DNA of 64,000 nucleotides, taken from positions 7,491 through 71,490 of the forward strand of contig CAYPAB010000001.1 in assembly GCA_964408605.1 (NCBI GenBank), read 5' to 3'. This document shows, in pieces, positions 9,555 through 19,038 of this stretch. The notes beneath the pieces are model-generated. The model ran no database searches and was not told the DNA's origin. It saw only the letters and a list, made by a program, of their open reading frames with translations. How positions within the stretch are numbered: position 1 is the first letter of the stretch; each line of letters opens with the position of its first letter. A program made the translations under genes and the position numbers. The DNA comes from an uncultured Eubacteriales bacterium (GTDB taxonomy: Bacteria; Bacillota; Clostridia; Oscillospirales; Acutalibacteraceae).

Positions 9555-9642
9555 CATTAACATTTTGTTCATAAAATGTTAATACAGAATATAAAATATG
9601 GGGGTATACTCTTAACAGAAAATAAAAAAGGAGTGTGTCTGT

Positions 9643-12228
9643 ATGAATTTTCAGAAGTTTACACGCAAAAGCATTGAGGCTGTCAATTCGGCACAGTCCA
9701 TTGCCCGTGAATTCGGTAACGGCGAGTTAAAGCAGGTGCATTTGCTTCTTGCACTTTTAAAACAGCAAGACGGTCTTATAAGCGGTATGGCAGATAAGTT
9801 GACGGGTGACTGCGATGCTTTGATTTGCGAAACGGAAAATGTGATTTCGGGTCTTCCGAAAGTTTCGGGCGGAGATACTTTTGTTTCAAACGAACTTTCC
9901 GAGGCTTTGAGCGAGGCGGAAAAACAGGCGGATTATATGAAAGACGATTATATTTCCGTCGAACACCTTATGCTCGGCATTTTCGAACATATGTCGCCCG
10001 AAATCAAAAAAATATTCGAATTGTTTGGCATCACGAAAAACGGTTTTTTGAAAGTTTTGAAAGATGTGCGCGGAAACAGTAACGTCAGAAGCGAAGACCC
10101 CGAAGATACTTACGACGTTCTTAATAAATACGGCAGAGATTTGGTGGCACTTGCCCGTGAGAGGAAACTTGATCCCGTAATCGGCAGAGATGACGAGATT
10201 CGAAACGTTATACGCATACTTTCGAGAAAAACAAAAAACAACCCTTGCTTAATAGGTGAACCCGGCGTCGGAAAAACAGCAATCGCCGAGGGGCTTGCCC
10301 TCAGAATAGTTAAAGAGGATGTTCCCGAAAATCTTAAAAACAAATCGGTCTTTTCGCTCGATATGGGTGCTCTTGTTGCGGGTGCTAAATATCGCGGTGA
10401 ATTTGAGGAAAGACTGAAAGCGGTTCTGAACGAAGTGCAAAAAAGCAACGGCGATATAATTCTTTTTATAGACGAATTGCATCTTGTTGTCGGGGCGGGT
10501 AAGGGCGACGGCGCAATGGATGCCGGAAACCTTTTAAAACCCCTGCTCGCACGTGGTGAACTTCACTGCATAGGCGCAACAACGCTTAACGAGTACCGAC
10601 AGTATATTGAAAAAGATGCGGCTCTCGAAAGACGTTTTCAACCTGTTATGGTGCCCGAACCGACTGTTGAAGATACCGTTGCGATACTGCGTGGTCTTAA
10701 AGAACGCTATGAAATATATCACGGCGTGAAAATTCAGGACAGTGCGCTTATAAGTGCGGCGGTGCTTTCAAACAGATATATTTCCGACAGGTTTTTGCCC
10801 GATAAGGCAATCGACCTTGTTGATGAGGCGTGTGCCCTCATAAAGACGGAAATGAACTCGATGCCCACGGAACTTGACGAGATATCACGTAAAATTATGC
10901 AACTTGAAATTGAAGAAGCGGCATTGAAAAAGGAAACCGACAAAATTTCATTGGAGCATCTTGCGGAAATCAAAAAGGAACTTTCGTCACTTCGTGATGA
11001 GTTTAACGGAATGAAAGTCAAGTGGGAAGGCGAGAAAGAGTCTATCAATAAAGTACAGCGTATACGTGAAGAAATCGACTCGGTGAATGCTCAAATCGAA
11101 AAAGCGGAGAACGCTTACGACCTTTCGAAAGCGGCGGAACTCAAATACGGAAAACTTCCGCCGTTGAAAAAGGCGCTTGAAGAAGCCGAAAAAAACAGTG
11201 AAAATCGCAGTAAAACAACACTGCTTCGTGACAGGGTAACGGATGACGAAATCGCACGAATCGTTGCCGGCTGGACAGGTATACCCGTTTCAAAACTTGT
11301 TGAAAGCGAACGTGAAAAACTTCTCGGCTTAGAGGGTATTTTGCATAAACGTGTTGTAGGTCAAAACGAGGCGGTCGAAAAAGTCAGCGATGCGATACTT
11401 CGCTCAAGAGCGGGCATACAGGATCCGAAAAGACCTACCGGTTCATTCCTGTTTTTGGGCCCCACGGGTGTCGGCAAAACCGAACTCGCAAAATCACTCG
11501 CACAGGCACTTTTCGATGATGAAAAAGCAATGGTGAGAATCGATATGAGCGAATATATGGAAAAATATTCCGTTTCACGCCTTATCGGTGCGCCTCCCGG
11601 ATATGTCGGCTATGACGAGGGCGGTCAACTTACCGAAGCCGTGAGAAGAAGACCTTATTCGGTCGTTTTGTTCGATGAAGTCGAAAAAGCCCATCCCGAT
11701 GTTTTCAATATTCTGTTGCAGGTGCTTGACGACGGAAGAATCACCGACAGCCGTGGCAGAACCGTTGATTTTAAAAACACGATTATTATTTTAACTTCGA
11801 ATCTCGGTTCGGATATAATACTCGACGGCATCGGTGACGACGGCAATATAAACGAAGAAGCGAGAAGGAACGTCGAACTTCTTTTAAAACGCAGTTTCAG
11901 ACCGGAATTTCTCAACAGACTTGACGAAATTATCTTCTTTAAGCCCTTGACTAAAGAAAATGTTTTGAATATTGCAGACCTTCTTTTGGCGGAACTTTCA
12001 AAACGTCTTAACGAAAAACAGTTGAATATCACACTTTCCGACAGTGCAAAAAATTATCTTGTTGACGAAGGTTTCGATGTTTCAATGGGCGCAAGACCGC
12101 TGAAAAGATTTATGCAATCTACACTTGAAACTTTGCTTGCGAGAAAAATTATCGAAGAAGACATCGAACCCGGTGCAACACTTGAGGTCGATTATGAAAA
12201 CGGAAAACTGTTTGTATCGTCGAAGTGA
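9643..12228 (+). CDS. clpB: ATP-dependent chaperone ClpB
   Basis: 861 aa. Clp N-domain, two AAA+ modules ([22 protein letters not shown]), a long middle coiled coil, and RPLKR at the C-terminus. RBS is aaggag. Confidence 0.95.
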   Translation: MNFQKFTRKSIEAVNSAQSIAREFGNGELKQVHLLLALLKQQDGLISGMADKLTGDCDALICETENVISGLPKVSGGDTFVSNELSEALSEAEKQADYMKDDYISVEHLMLGIFEHMSPEIKKIFELFGITKNGFLKVLKDVRGNSNVRSEDPEDTYDVLNKYGRDLVALARERKLDPVIGRDDEIRNVIRILSRKTKNNPCLIGEPGVGKTAIAEGLALRIVKEDVPENLKNKSVFSLDMGALVAGAKYRGEFEERLKAVLNEVQKSNGDIILFIDELHLVVGAGKGDGAMDAGNLLKPLLARGELHCIGATTLNEYRQYIEKDAALERRFQPVMVPEPTVEDTVAILRGLKERYEIYHGVKIQDSALISAAVLSNRYISDRFLPDKAIDLVDEACALIKTEMNSMPTELDEISRKIMQLEIEEAALKKETDKISLEHLAEIKKELSSLRDEFNGMKVKWEGEKESINKVQRIREEIDSVNAQIEKAENAYDLSKAAELKYGKLPPLKKALEEAEKNSENRSKTTLLRDRVTDDEIARIVAGWTGIPVSKLVESEREKLLGLEGILHKRVVGQNEAVEKVSDAILRSRAGIQDPKRPTGSFLFLGPTGVGKTELAKSLAQALFDDEKAMVRIDMSEYMEKYSVSRLIGAPPGYVGYDEGGQLTEAVRRRPYSVVLFDEVEKAHPDVFNILLQVLDDGRITDSRGRTVDFKNTIIILTSNLGSDIILDGIGDDGNINEEARRNVELLLKRSFRPEFLNRLDEIIFFKPLTKENVLNIADLLLAELSKRLNEKQLNITLSDSAKNYLVDEGFDVSMGARPLKRFMQSTLETLLARKIIEEDIEPGATLEVDYENGKLFVSSK

Positions 12229-12358
12229 ATAAAAAAACGAAAAAAATGATTTGTTCACAATTTGTTTACAAAGTTGTGAAATTGATGCAATATTGATATG
12301 TTATATAAAGTATAGACATTTTGATTGCTTAATCATTTCATTTTCTCTTTCCAAAGAT

Positions 12359-12394
12359 TTAATCCCCCGCTTAGGCGGGGGATTAAGTCTTTTT
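12359..12394. terminator. Terminator hairpin between convergent genes
   Basis: TTAATCCCCCGC-TTAG-GCGGGGGATTAA followed by GTCTTTTT on the plus strand. Confidence 0.8.
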
Positions 12395-12400
12395 ATAGGT

Positions 12401-13072
12401 TTATTCTTTCGGTTTTTCCGATTCAAGAGCGTTCACAAAATCAAGTAACTTTTGAGGCGGGTTTAAAGAATCGGGAACGCTGTCTTTTTTAAACACCGCA
12501 TCAAGGAAAAAGAGCCGATCCGCTTTGACGATTGCCCGTATGCGCTTTACGAGTTTTTCCGAAAGTTCGGTGTTGCCTTCTTTTCGGGCAACAATAAGAG
12601 AACCTATGTTTTCATAAATTCTGTCACGGCGTAACCCCAAATCGGTTTCGCCGTAACTGAGTTTTAATTCTTTTTCCGCTTCTTCGGAATAAACGAAGTT
12701 ATCTCTGAGCAAAATCACACGGAGAAGAATCGAATGCACACCCGAATATACGGTGTTGTTAAGTTCATATTTTTTGTAAGCTGTATACGCCTTGACATAA
12801 TCTTTTTGATAAAATTCGTAAAGTTTCCCAAGACGGTAGTAAACCAATGCTTTACTGTTTGAGTCTTCAACGCCGAAAAAGTGCTGTGTTGCATAGACCA
12901 AAATACTTTGTGCGTGAATTAGGTCGGTTCGAGAGCCGGAATTCATAAAATTTTCGGCGGCATCGCCGATGATTTTGCACTTCTCATCGTCGGAATACCC
13001 CGAAAGGCTTTCGGGGAAATTCACAAGTATTTCGGCAGGTGCCGAGTTGCCGTTTGAATTTTTTTCAATCAT
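12401..13072 (-). CDS. Hypothetical helical (TPR-like?) protein, last gene of the glycyl-radical operon
   Basis: 223-aa ORF. Its ATG shares one base with the upstream stop (TAATG at 13070-13074). No recognised motif. Confidence 0.5.
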   Translation of the reverse strand: MIEKNSNGNSAPAEILVNFPESLSGYSDDEKCKIIGDAAENFMNSGSRTDLIHAQSILVYATQHFFGVEDSNSKALVYYRLGKLYEFYQKDYVKAYTAYKKYELNNTVYSGVHSILLRVILLRDNFVYSEEAEKELKLSYGETDLGLRRDRIYENIGSLIVARKEGNTELSEKLVKRIRAIVKADRLFFLDAVFKKDSVPDSLNPPQKLLDFVNALESEKPKE

Positions 13073-14136
13073 TAAATAACCTCCGGAGGCAAACAGGCGG
13101 CAAGTGTAAGGTTGCCGTCGGCGAGCACGGTGTATTTATCTTTGCAGGAGTAGGGCATAAAGAAGTAATCGCCTTTTTTGAGTGCTTTTTCGTAACCGTC
13201 ACCCACGAGTTTTCCGTCACCTTCGGTGACAACATATATGCACGGTGCGGGGAGTTTTTCAGTTTCGCCACCGTTGACGATATAGCGTTCAACACCGAAA
13301 CAAGGCGTATCTTCTTTGCCGATGAGTGACTCTTTTTTGCAACCGCTGTTTTCATAAATCGTTTTCGGCGTTTTTTTGCATTCGTTTTGAACTTTTTCAA
13401 GATTATAAGAATAATCGAAAACGCTTAATGCGGTTTGTTTTTCGAGAGTTAAATACATTTCGTGTTCGGATAATTTGTAATCACCGCACCAGCGTTCGGG
13501 CTGAATTGTGAAATCGGTGGGTTCCTGCACTTCGAGAATAAGGCAACCGTAACCTATGGCGTGAACAGCTTTTGCGGGGATGAAGTAAACATCGCCGGGT
13601 TTTACGGGGATTTTATTCAAAAGTCTTTCCATAGCGGTTTTGTCGGTTTCGGCATCTTCAACCGCTTTTTCAAATTCTTCTTTTGTAACGCCGTCTTTGA
13701 ATCCGAAGTAAATCGAAGCACCCTCACGTGTTGCGAGGACAAGCCAAGATTCGGCTTTTCCGAAATCGGAGTTGAAATATTTTTGTGAAAATGTTTTGTC
13801 GGGATGAGCCTGTACGGGCAGTCTTATTGCGGAATCGAGTGCTTTTACGAGGACATCCAAACCTTGCCTTTTTTCACCCAACATAAGGTCTTTTTGTTCT
13901 TCGATAAGTTCGTTTAAATGCACATCCGTGCCCTTTATTACGGAAAGACCTTCAAAGGGATCGGTGCAAACTTTGTTGAGTGCCTTCGTTGAAGAACATA
14001 TCCATTCTTCGGGATGAAAACCGTCTTCGCTGTCATCACCGAAGAAATCGGCAAATAGTTTTCCGCCAGTGTAGACTCTGAAAACTCTGTTTTTTTCGAA
14101 AAATACGGGTTGTGATGCTAATTTTACTTTATCCAT
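13072..14136 (-). CDS. Type I phosphomannose-isomerase-like cupin sugar(-phosphate) isomerase
   Basis: 354 aa. Contains LPVQAHPD (PMI type I zinc-site motif) and AVHAIG later. A GAGGTG RBS sits inside the end of the kinase gene. Confidence 0.7.
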   Translation of the reverse strand: MDKVKLASQPVFFEKNRVFRVYTGGKLFADFFGDDSEDGFHPEEWICSSTKALNKVCTDPFEGLSVIKGTDVHLNELIEEQKDLMLGEKRQGLDVLVKALDSAIRLPVQAHPDKTFSQKYFNSDFGKAESWLVLATREGASIYFGFKDGVTKEEFEKAVEDAETDKTAMERLLNKIPVKPGDVYFIPAKAVHAIGYGCLILEVQEPTDFTIQPERWCGDYKLSEHEMYLTLEKQTALSVFDYSYNLEKVQNECKKTPKTIYENSGCKKESLIGKEDTPCFGVERYIVNGGETEKLPAPCIYVVTEGDGKLVGDGYEKALKKGDYFFMPYSCKDKYTVLADGNLTLAACLPPEVI

Positions 14137-14142
14137 AAGTTG

Positions 14143-15504
14143 TCACCTCAAAAGTGCATCTTGCGATGCCTTAATATTTTCAAAAATTCCCGTTGCGGCA
14201 CACGTGAAAACGCATGCGCCGACCGCGGCTTCTTCCGAGTGGAGAGGCAGTTCGGCGGGAAGCCCGAAATCACGGCTGAAAACTTCACGCCAAATTCGGC
14301 TTTTCCTTAAACCGTTGCCGGAGCATACAAGTTTTTCGGGTGCAAAATCCAAAAGAGCCGAAGCGTCAAGATACATCGATTTCAGTTCACCGCAAACGCC
14401 TTTAAGCACCCCGCAAATGAGTTTTTCCGGCGTGAAATTGTCGGCACCGATATTTTCGATGATTCCCCGTTTGAAAGGATCTTCACGAGTTCCGCAAAAC
14501 TCACAGTTAACCGTGAGCCCATCTGTTTCGGAAAAAATGTTTTCCGAAAGTTTATCCATTTTTTCATACAAATTATCTTTATCGCCGTCAAGCATATCGG
14601 CACACAAAGAAAAGAAGTTTTTGAGTATTGCGTACGCTCTGCCGCCGCAAAGTGACGAGCCGACAAAAAGATAATCGTTCTGTGTCAACGGCCGTATTTC
14701 ACCGCACGGCGGTGCGACCGTGTCGGTCGTTACGAATGATATTTGACTGCCTGTTCCGACGTTTGCGAGTACTGATTTTTTCGGTTCCGCAACCGAGCCG
14801 AAAAAACTTGCCTGATTGTCGCCTATGGCAACACCGACGGGTATTCCGTCGGGAAGAAAATCACAGTCGGTTGTTCCCGCTTGCGAAGTTCCCGTTATAA
14901 CTTCGGGAAGAAAACTTTTATCTATGCCGACTTTTTGGAGGGCGATGTCGGAAAAACACAGATTTTTTAAATCGAAAAATCCCAAACTTGCCGCATCGCT
15001 TGAATGTGTTATCGGCTTTTTGCCGGTAAGAATACCGACAAGATAATCGTGCACGGTTGAAAGCATAACTGCGTTTTCGGGCACTTTTTTGTTTACGGTA
15101 TTGTAAAAATGAGTTGTGAGCCCGAAGCCGGAGGCGGCTTTTATCCCCGTGGTTTTTGTGAGATATTCGGCGTATGTTTCGCCGTTTTTGTAAATTTCGT
15201 TACCTCGTTCGTCCTGCCAAATCATAAGAGGGGAGCAGGGCTTGTTGTTTTTGTCAAGATAAAGTATGCCGTGCATTTGCCCCGTAACGCCGACGGCATC
15301 GGGCGTTATATCGGCACATACGTCTTTTACCGCTGTTTTAACGGTGTCGATTATGCGGTCGGGGTCTTGAAGTTTTTCGAACGGGTCACCGTTAACGAAA
15401 CTGTCGTTTTTTAAAGTACGGCTTTTCGAAACGGTTTTTTTGTTTGTATCCAATATAAGACAGGTAACCGTGGTGGTACCTATATCAATTCCCAAAATAT
15501 TCAT
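14143..15504 (-). CDS. FGGY-family carbohydrate kinase (sedoheptulokinase-like)
   Basis: MNILGIDIGTTT (actin-fold phosphate-1), GVTGQMHG, NVGTGSQ. I prefer the ATG at 15504 over the GTG at 15513. It lies 2 nt after the GRE stop. Confidence 0.8.
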   Translation of the reverse strand: MNILGIDIGTTTVTCLILDTNKKTVSKSRTLKNDSFVNGDPFEKLQDPDRIIDTVKTAVKDVCADITPDAVGVTGQMHGILYLDKNNKPCSPLMIWQDERGNEIYKNGETYAEYLTKTTGIKAASGFGLTTHFYNTVNKKVPENAVMLSTVHDYLVGILTGKKPITHSSDAASLGFFDLKNLCFSDIALQKVGIDKSFLPEVITGTSQAGTTDCDFLPDGIPVGVAIGDNQASFFGSVAEPKKSVLANVGTGSQISFVTTDTVAPPCGEIRPLTQNDYLFVGSSLCGGRAYAILKNFFSLCADMLDGDKDNLYEKMDKLSENIFSETDGLTVNCEFCGTREDPFKRGIIENIGADNFTPEKLICGVLKGVCGELKSMYLDASALLDFAPEKLVCSGNGLRKSRIWREVFSRDFGLPAELPLHSEEAAVGACVFTCAATGIFENIKASQDALLR

Positions 15505-15506
15505 AT

Positions 15507-17873
15507 TCAGCACCCGATGTTTGTTGACGCCGGATCAAGACGGCGGATGATGTCCTGTTGGATTGCGGGGGATAGGTCGAGGAAGTTGACGAAAGTTCCG
15601 TGAATACGCATGATATAAACACCGGAGGGTGCGTATTTTTCGGGTTCGGCAAGAACTTTTTTGAGTATTTCGGCGGTTGTTACGTTAACATAAAGGTAGA
15701 ACGGCGATGTGTTTGTGTTGAGTTCGTTGAAGAACAGGGGTTTAATGACTTTATCACGGAATTCAATACCTTTTGTGTCATAATCTTTGCCGACAAAATA
15801 TTTCGGGTCTATACCGAAGTGAGAGGCGTAACCGCCACACATTTTAATAAAGGGCAGTTTCATAAGCGAAAGCGTTCTGAAACCGAGACCGTTTTGTGCC
15901 TCGCCGTAAAGCGGGTCTACACCGTAGTTGAGCATATCACGTGATTTGCGTCCGCAGGGAAGCGCACCGACCCAATAACCGTAAAGAAGATGTGTTGACG
16001 GTGTTGAAAAATCGGGACGGAAATTGTTGCCGAGATAATTCTTTTGCGCACGAACCATATCTGCGATTTTTGAGGTGAGTTCGGCTGTTTCACGGTCAAC
16101 TTTTTCAATATTGTTGCCGAATTTGGGCGCATCGAGAAGGAAATCACGAAGTTCTTCGTAACCTTCGAAATTGTTTTTTAAGGCATCCAAAAGGTTTTCG
16201 GCATCTTCGGGACGTTCTTCCAAAAGCCTGTCAATCGCAATGAAAGAGTCGGCAACAACACTTGTTCCGTGAATAAGACATCCGCTGCCGTTGTATTTTG
16301 TGCCTTGGTGGACTGTGTCACGAGTGTCGTAACCGCTGTCGATACCGCCCATAAGCGTACTTAAAAACGGCACGGGAAGATGCGATATCGCACGGCAAGT
16401 ACCGTTTGCGGCTTTTACCATTTCATCGCAAAAATACTGTGCGTTTTTGTAAAAACGTTCACGGATATTTTTCAAAGCGGTGAGGGCATCGGCTTCCTCA
16501 CAGACCGTTCCTATCTTTTTGCCGGTGACGGTTGAATAGCCGTTGTTCAGCGTGAGTTCGAGAATTTTGCCGAGGTTAAACCAACTGTTTGTGGTATTCC
16601 CGTTGTCTTTACCCATAATAAGCGGTTCTTGACATCCGGCGATTGAGGTGTCGACAACATCGTCGATATCTATGCCGGCTGCGGGCAAAACTTCAAATAA
16701 CGAGTCATCGTTGAAAAACGACGGTGTAAGGCAACCGGGAGTGAACAGAAATTTGCCGAGTTCTTCGTAAAGTTTTTGAGGTGTGTTTTTGTGGAGTTTA
16801 ACGGAAAGAATGGGTTGAGGCAAATTCATATCGTAATATGCGTCAAGCAGAGCATATGTGGAGTCGTTTGTAAGGTCGTTGCCGTCTTTGTCACGCCCGC
16901 TGACGATAAGGTTTTGCGATATTGCCCAACTTCTGTCGGCAACGTTGAAAAACACAAGAAAATGTTTGAAAAGCGAGGCTGTTTCCTCACGGGTGAGCCC
17001 GTCGTGAGAACGGTATGGTTCAAAGATCCTGTCGGCGTTACCGACCGAGAAAGCAAAAGGATTGGGTGCCTGCTCAAGACACATCGTTTCCCAAAGAAGA
17101 ATAAAACTCTGCAACGCTTCGAAGAAAGTTTCGGCACCGTTTTCGGGGACTTTCGAAAGTGTGTCGGAAAGAAGCCGAAGTTGTTCTTTCCTTTCACCGC
17201 AGGCGTCAAGAAGTTTTTCGTCGGCTATTGATTTGTAACGCTTTGCGAGAATCAACGCACAGTCGAGTGCGGTTTTCATCGCCTCGTAGTTTTCGTACTG
17301 TTCGGCACTTGCCGTTTTTTGTTTTTCTTCAATATCGGCGAGCATCTTTTTCACGCCGTATTTTAAGGCGTAGCGCATATCGGGAATAAGATGCCCCGTG
17401 ACCTGCTCTATAAAAAACGCAACCTCACCCGTAAGGTCTTCGCAACTGTCGTAAACGGCGGTGAGCGATTTGACGTAATCGGTTTCCTTGTCGAGTTCCC
17501 TTAAAGCATCAATACGCTCACGTGTGAATTTCTCGGTGGGGTCGATGTCGTCGTAAACAGCCGTGGGGTCACAGTATCCCGCAAAAGTTTCAACGCGGAA
17601 TGACGGGTTTATGAGTGCGTAACTTCTTGCGAAAGCATCACGCTGAGTGCCGGCGAAAACAGCGTTGTCGCTTATGCTCAACGGCAACGTTTTAACCGCT
17701 TCGCGGAACTTTTCCGCAGCCCTTCTCATCGGTGGGAGGGATTTGAATTCGGCGTCTTTTTTTTGCTCCGTTTCTTTCATGATAAACCATCCCTCAAGAT
17801 GGTTTATCGCACGTTCTTCTTTGAAAAGAAGTTTTGCGGATTCGGTTGTTTTTACGGGGTCGAATTTGTACAT
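15507..17873 (-). CDS. Glycyl radical enzyme, 1,2-eliminase-like (PFL superfamily)
   Basis: About 788 aa. C-terminal glycyl loop IMRIHGTFVNFLDLSPAIQQDIIRR (compare RVxGYS...Q.D.I.R). Cys loop SIAGCQEPL has Glu two residues after Cys. The ATG at 17873 is preceded by GAGGTG; the ORF track starts at the GTG at 17882. Confidence 0.88.
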   Translation of the reverse strand: MYKFDPVKTTESAKLLFKEERAINHLEGWFIMKETEQKKDAEFKSLPPMRRAAEKFREAVKTLPLSISDNAVFAGTQRDAFARSYALINPSFRVETFAGYCDPTAVYDDIDPTEKFTRERIDALRELDKETDYVKSLTAVYDSCEDLTGEVAFFIEQVTGHLIPDMRYALKYGVKKMLADIEEKQKTASAEQYENYEAMKTALDCALILAKRYKSIADEKLLDACGERKEQLRLLSDTLSKVPENGAETFFEALQSFILLWETMCLEQAPNPFAFSVGNADRIFEPYRSHDGLTREETASLFKHFLVFFNVADRSWAISQNLIVSGRDKDGNDLTNDSTYALLDAYYDMNLPQPILSVKLHKNTPQKLYEELGKFLFTPGCLTPSFFNDDSLFEVLPAAGIDIDDVVDTSIAGCQEPLIMGKDNGNTTNSWFNLGKILELTLNNGYSTVTGKKIGTVCEEADALTALKNIRERFYKNAQYFCDEMVKAANGTCRAISHLPVPFLSTLMGGIDSGYDTRDTVHQGTKYNGSGCLIHGTSVVADSFIAIDRLLEERPEDAENLLDALKNNFEGYEELRDFLLDAPKFGNNIEKVDRETAELTSKIADMVRAQKNYLGNNFRPDFSTPSTHLLYGYWVGALPCGRKSRDMLNYGVDPLYGEAQNGLGFRTLSLMKLPFIKMCGGYASHFGIDPKYFVGKDYDTKGIEFRDKVIKPLFFNELNTNTSPFYLYVNVTTAEILKKVLAEPEKYAPSGVYIMRIHGTFVNFLDLSPAIQQDIIRRLDPASTNIGC

Positions 17874-17883
17874 GATAATCACC

Positions 17884-18630
17884 TCATGTGTTGATTATTT
17901 TCAGATTTTTGTTTTTAAGTTCCGATAACAGCAACCGCACGTCGCTTTCGGAAACATCACCGTCGGTGACGGTGTATTCCATACCGAGTTTTGCGTATTT
18001 TTCTTTGCCGTATTCGTGATAGGTCAGTATTTCGAAACTGACATTGCCGTTGCCTTTTCGGTTGATTTCCGAAAAAAATTCGCCGAACTCACGGGCGTTT
18101 TTTTCACCGCAGTTGAAAAAGTGAACGAGCGGAACTCTCACGAGGAGCGGTTTGCCCGTTTCGGCACGGTAAAGAAGATTGCTCTTTATAACGGATATAT
18201 CGGCACCGACAACACTTGCGAGTGCGTTTCCGTCGGGCGATTTGAAGTCGGCTATCATATAATCGACGGTGTCGAAGATTTCTTCGCAATCGGGCACGGA
18301 AACATTCGTTTCTATGCAGGTGTTGATGTTGTTTTCTTTCAACTTTTTCAAAAGAGTTAAAACGGCTTCTTTTTGGCAGGTCACTTCACCGCCGGTAAGA
18401 GTTACACCGCCTCCGTCAATGAACATCATGCGTGCACCGAGAACTTCTTTTACTATGTCGTCGATATCGGTTTCGGCGGTGCCGTCGGTTATGCGTAACC
18501 CCTCCGGGTTTGAACACCACGGGCATTTAAGGTTGCAACCGGACAGGTGGTACACAAGACGGTTGCCCGGCCCGTCTTGGGAATAGTTGAAGCCTTTTTG
18601 AAATGTGCGGATATAAGTTTTGTTTCCCAA
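17884..18630 (-). CDS. Glycyl-radical enzyme activating protein (radical SAM), short PflA-like form
   Basis: SQDGPGNRLVYHLSGCNLKCPWCSNPE (CX3CX2C), GGGVTLTGGE. 248 aa with a TTG start. No CxxCxxCxxxC ferredoxin insert. Confidence 0.85.
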   Translation of the reverse strand: MGNKTYIRTFQKGFNYSQDGPGNRLVYHLSGCNLKCPWCSNPEGLRITDGTAETDIDDIVKEVLGARMMFIDGGGVTLTGGEVTCQKEAVLTLLKKLKENNINTCIETNVSVPDCEEIFDTVDYMIADFKSPDGNALASVVGADISVIKSNLLYRAETGKPLLVRVPLVHFFNCGEKNAREFGEFFSEINRKGNGNVSFEILTYHEYGKEKYAKLGMEYTVTDGDVSESDVRLLLSELKNKNLKIINT

Positions 18631-18666
18631 TTTGCCACCGCCTTGAAATTTGTGCTTTATTATTAC

Positions 18667-18695
18667 ATTTTATAACATAAGAAAGATATATTCAA
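18667..18695 (-). promoter_or_regulatory. Candidate promoter of the glycyl-radical operon
   Basis: On the minus strand: TTGAAT, 17 nt, TAAAAT, about 35 nt upstream of the TTG start. Confidence 0.4.
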
Positions 18696-18868
18696 TATCC
18701 AACGTTTTTTCGAGATGCCAAAAAAAGAAGTACACTTTTGGTTAAAATTACAAAAAACGGTACGGCTGATTTTTGTTGGTTGCGTCATTTGGTGATAATT
18801 GACAAAAAAACACAAAAAAACGCCCTTAAAACATCTGTTGTTTTCGGCGTTAAAAGATGTTATTTCTA

Positions 18869-18897
18869 TTGACAAAAACAGACATATTTGGTATCAT
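18869..18897 (+). promoter_or_regulatory. Candidate pyr operon promoter
   Basis: TTGACA (18869-18874), 17 nt, TATCAT (18892-18897). It is followed by a leader of about 135 nt. Confidence 0.55.
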
Positions 18898-19038
18898 ATT
18901 TAAGATCTTTAAGACGGTACGAGATATCGGCAAGGTCGGATATAAATTCATTGTGATACGGTTCTGCCGTATCGGTGCTTTTGTGTGTTCGAGTCTTGCC
19001 GTTGAGCAGGGCTTTTTTTAATATGAAAGGGTTTTCTA

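Noticed and set aside
12251-12448. 65-aa ORF in the clpB downstream spacer.
   Set aside because: It spans the bidirectional terminator hairpin, is AT-rich, and has no RBS. It is probably non-coding.
18900-19038. PyrR binding loop / classical pyr attenuator in the pyr leader.
   Set aside because: Hairpins and a T-run are present, but I could not find the conserved PyrR box (A/G-GUCCAGAGAGG-like). No pyrR gene is in the operon. It is kept only as a low-confidence 'structured leader' remark.
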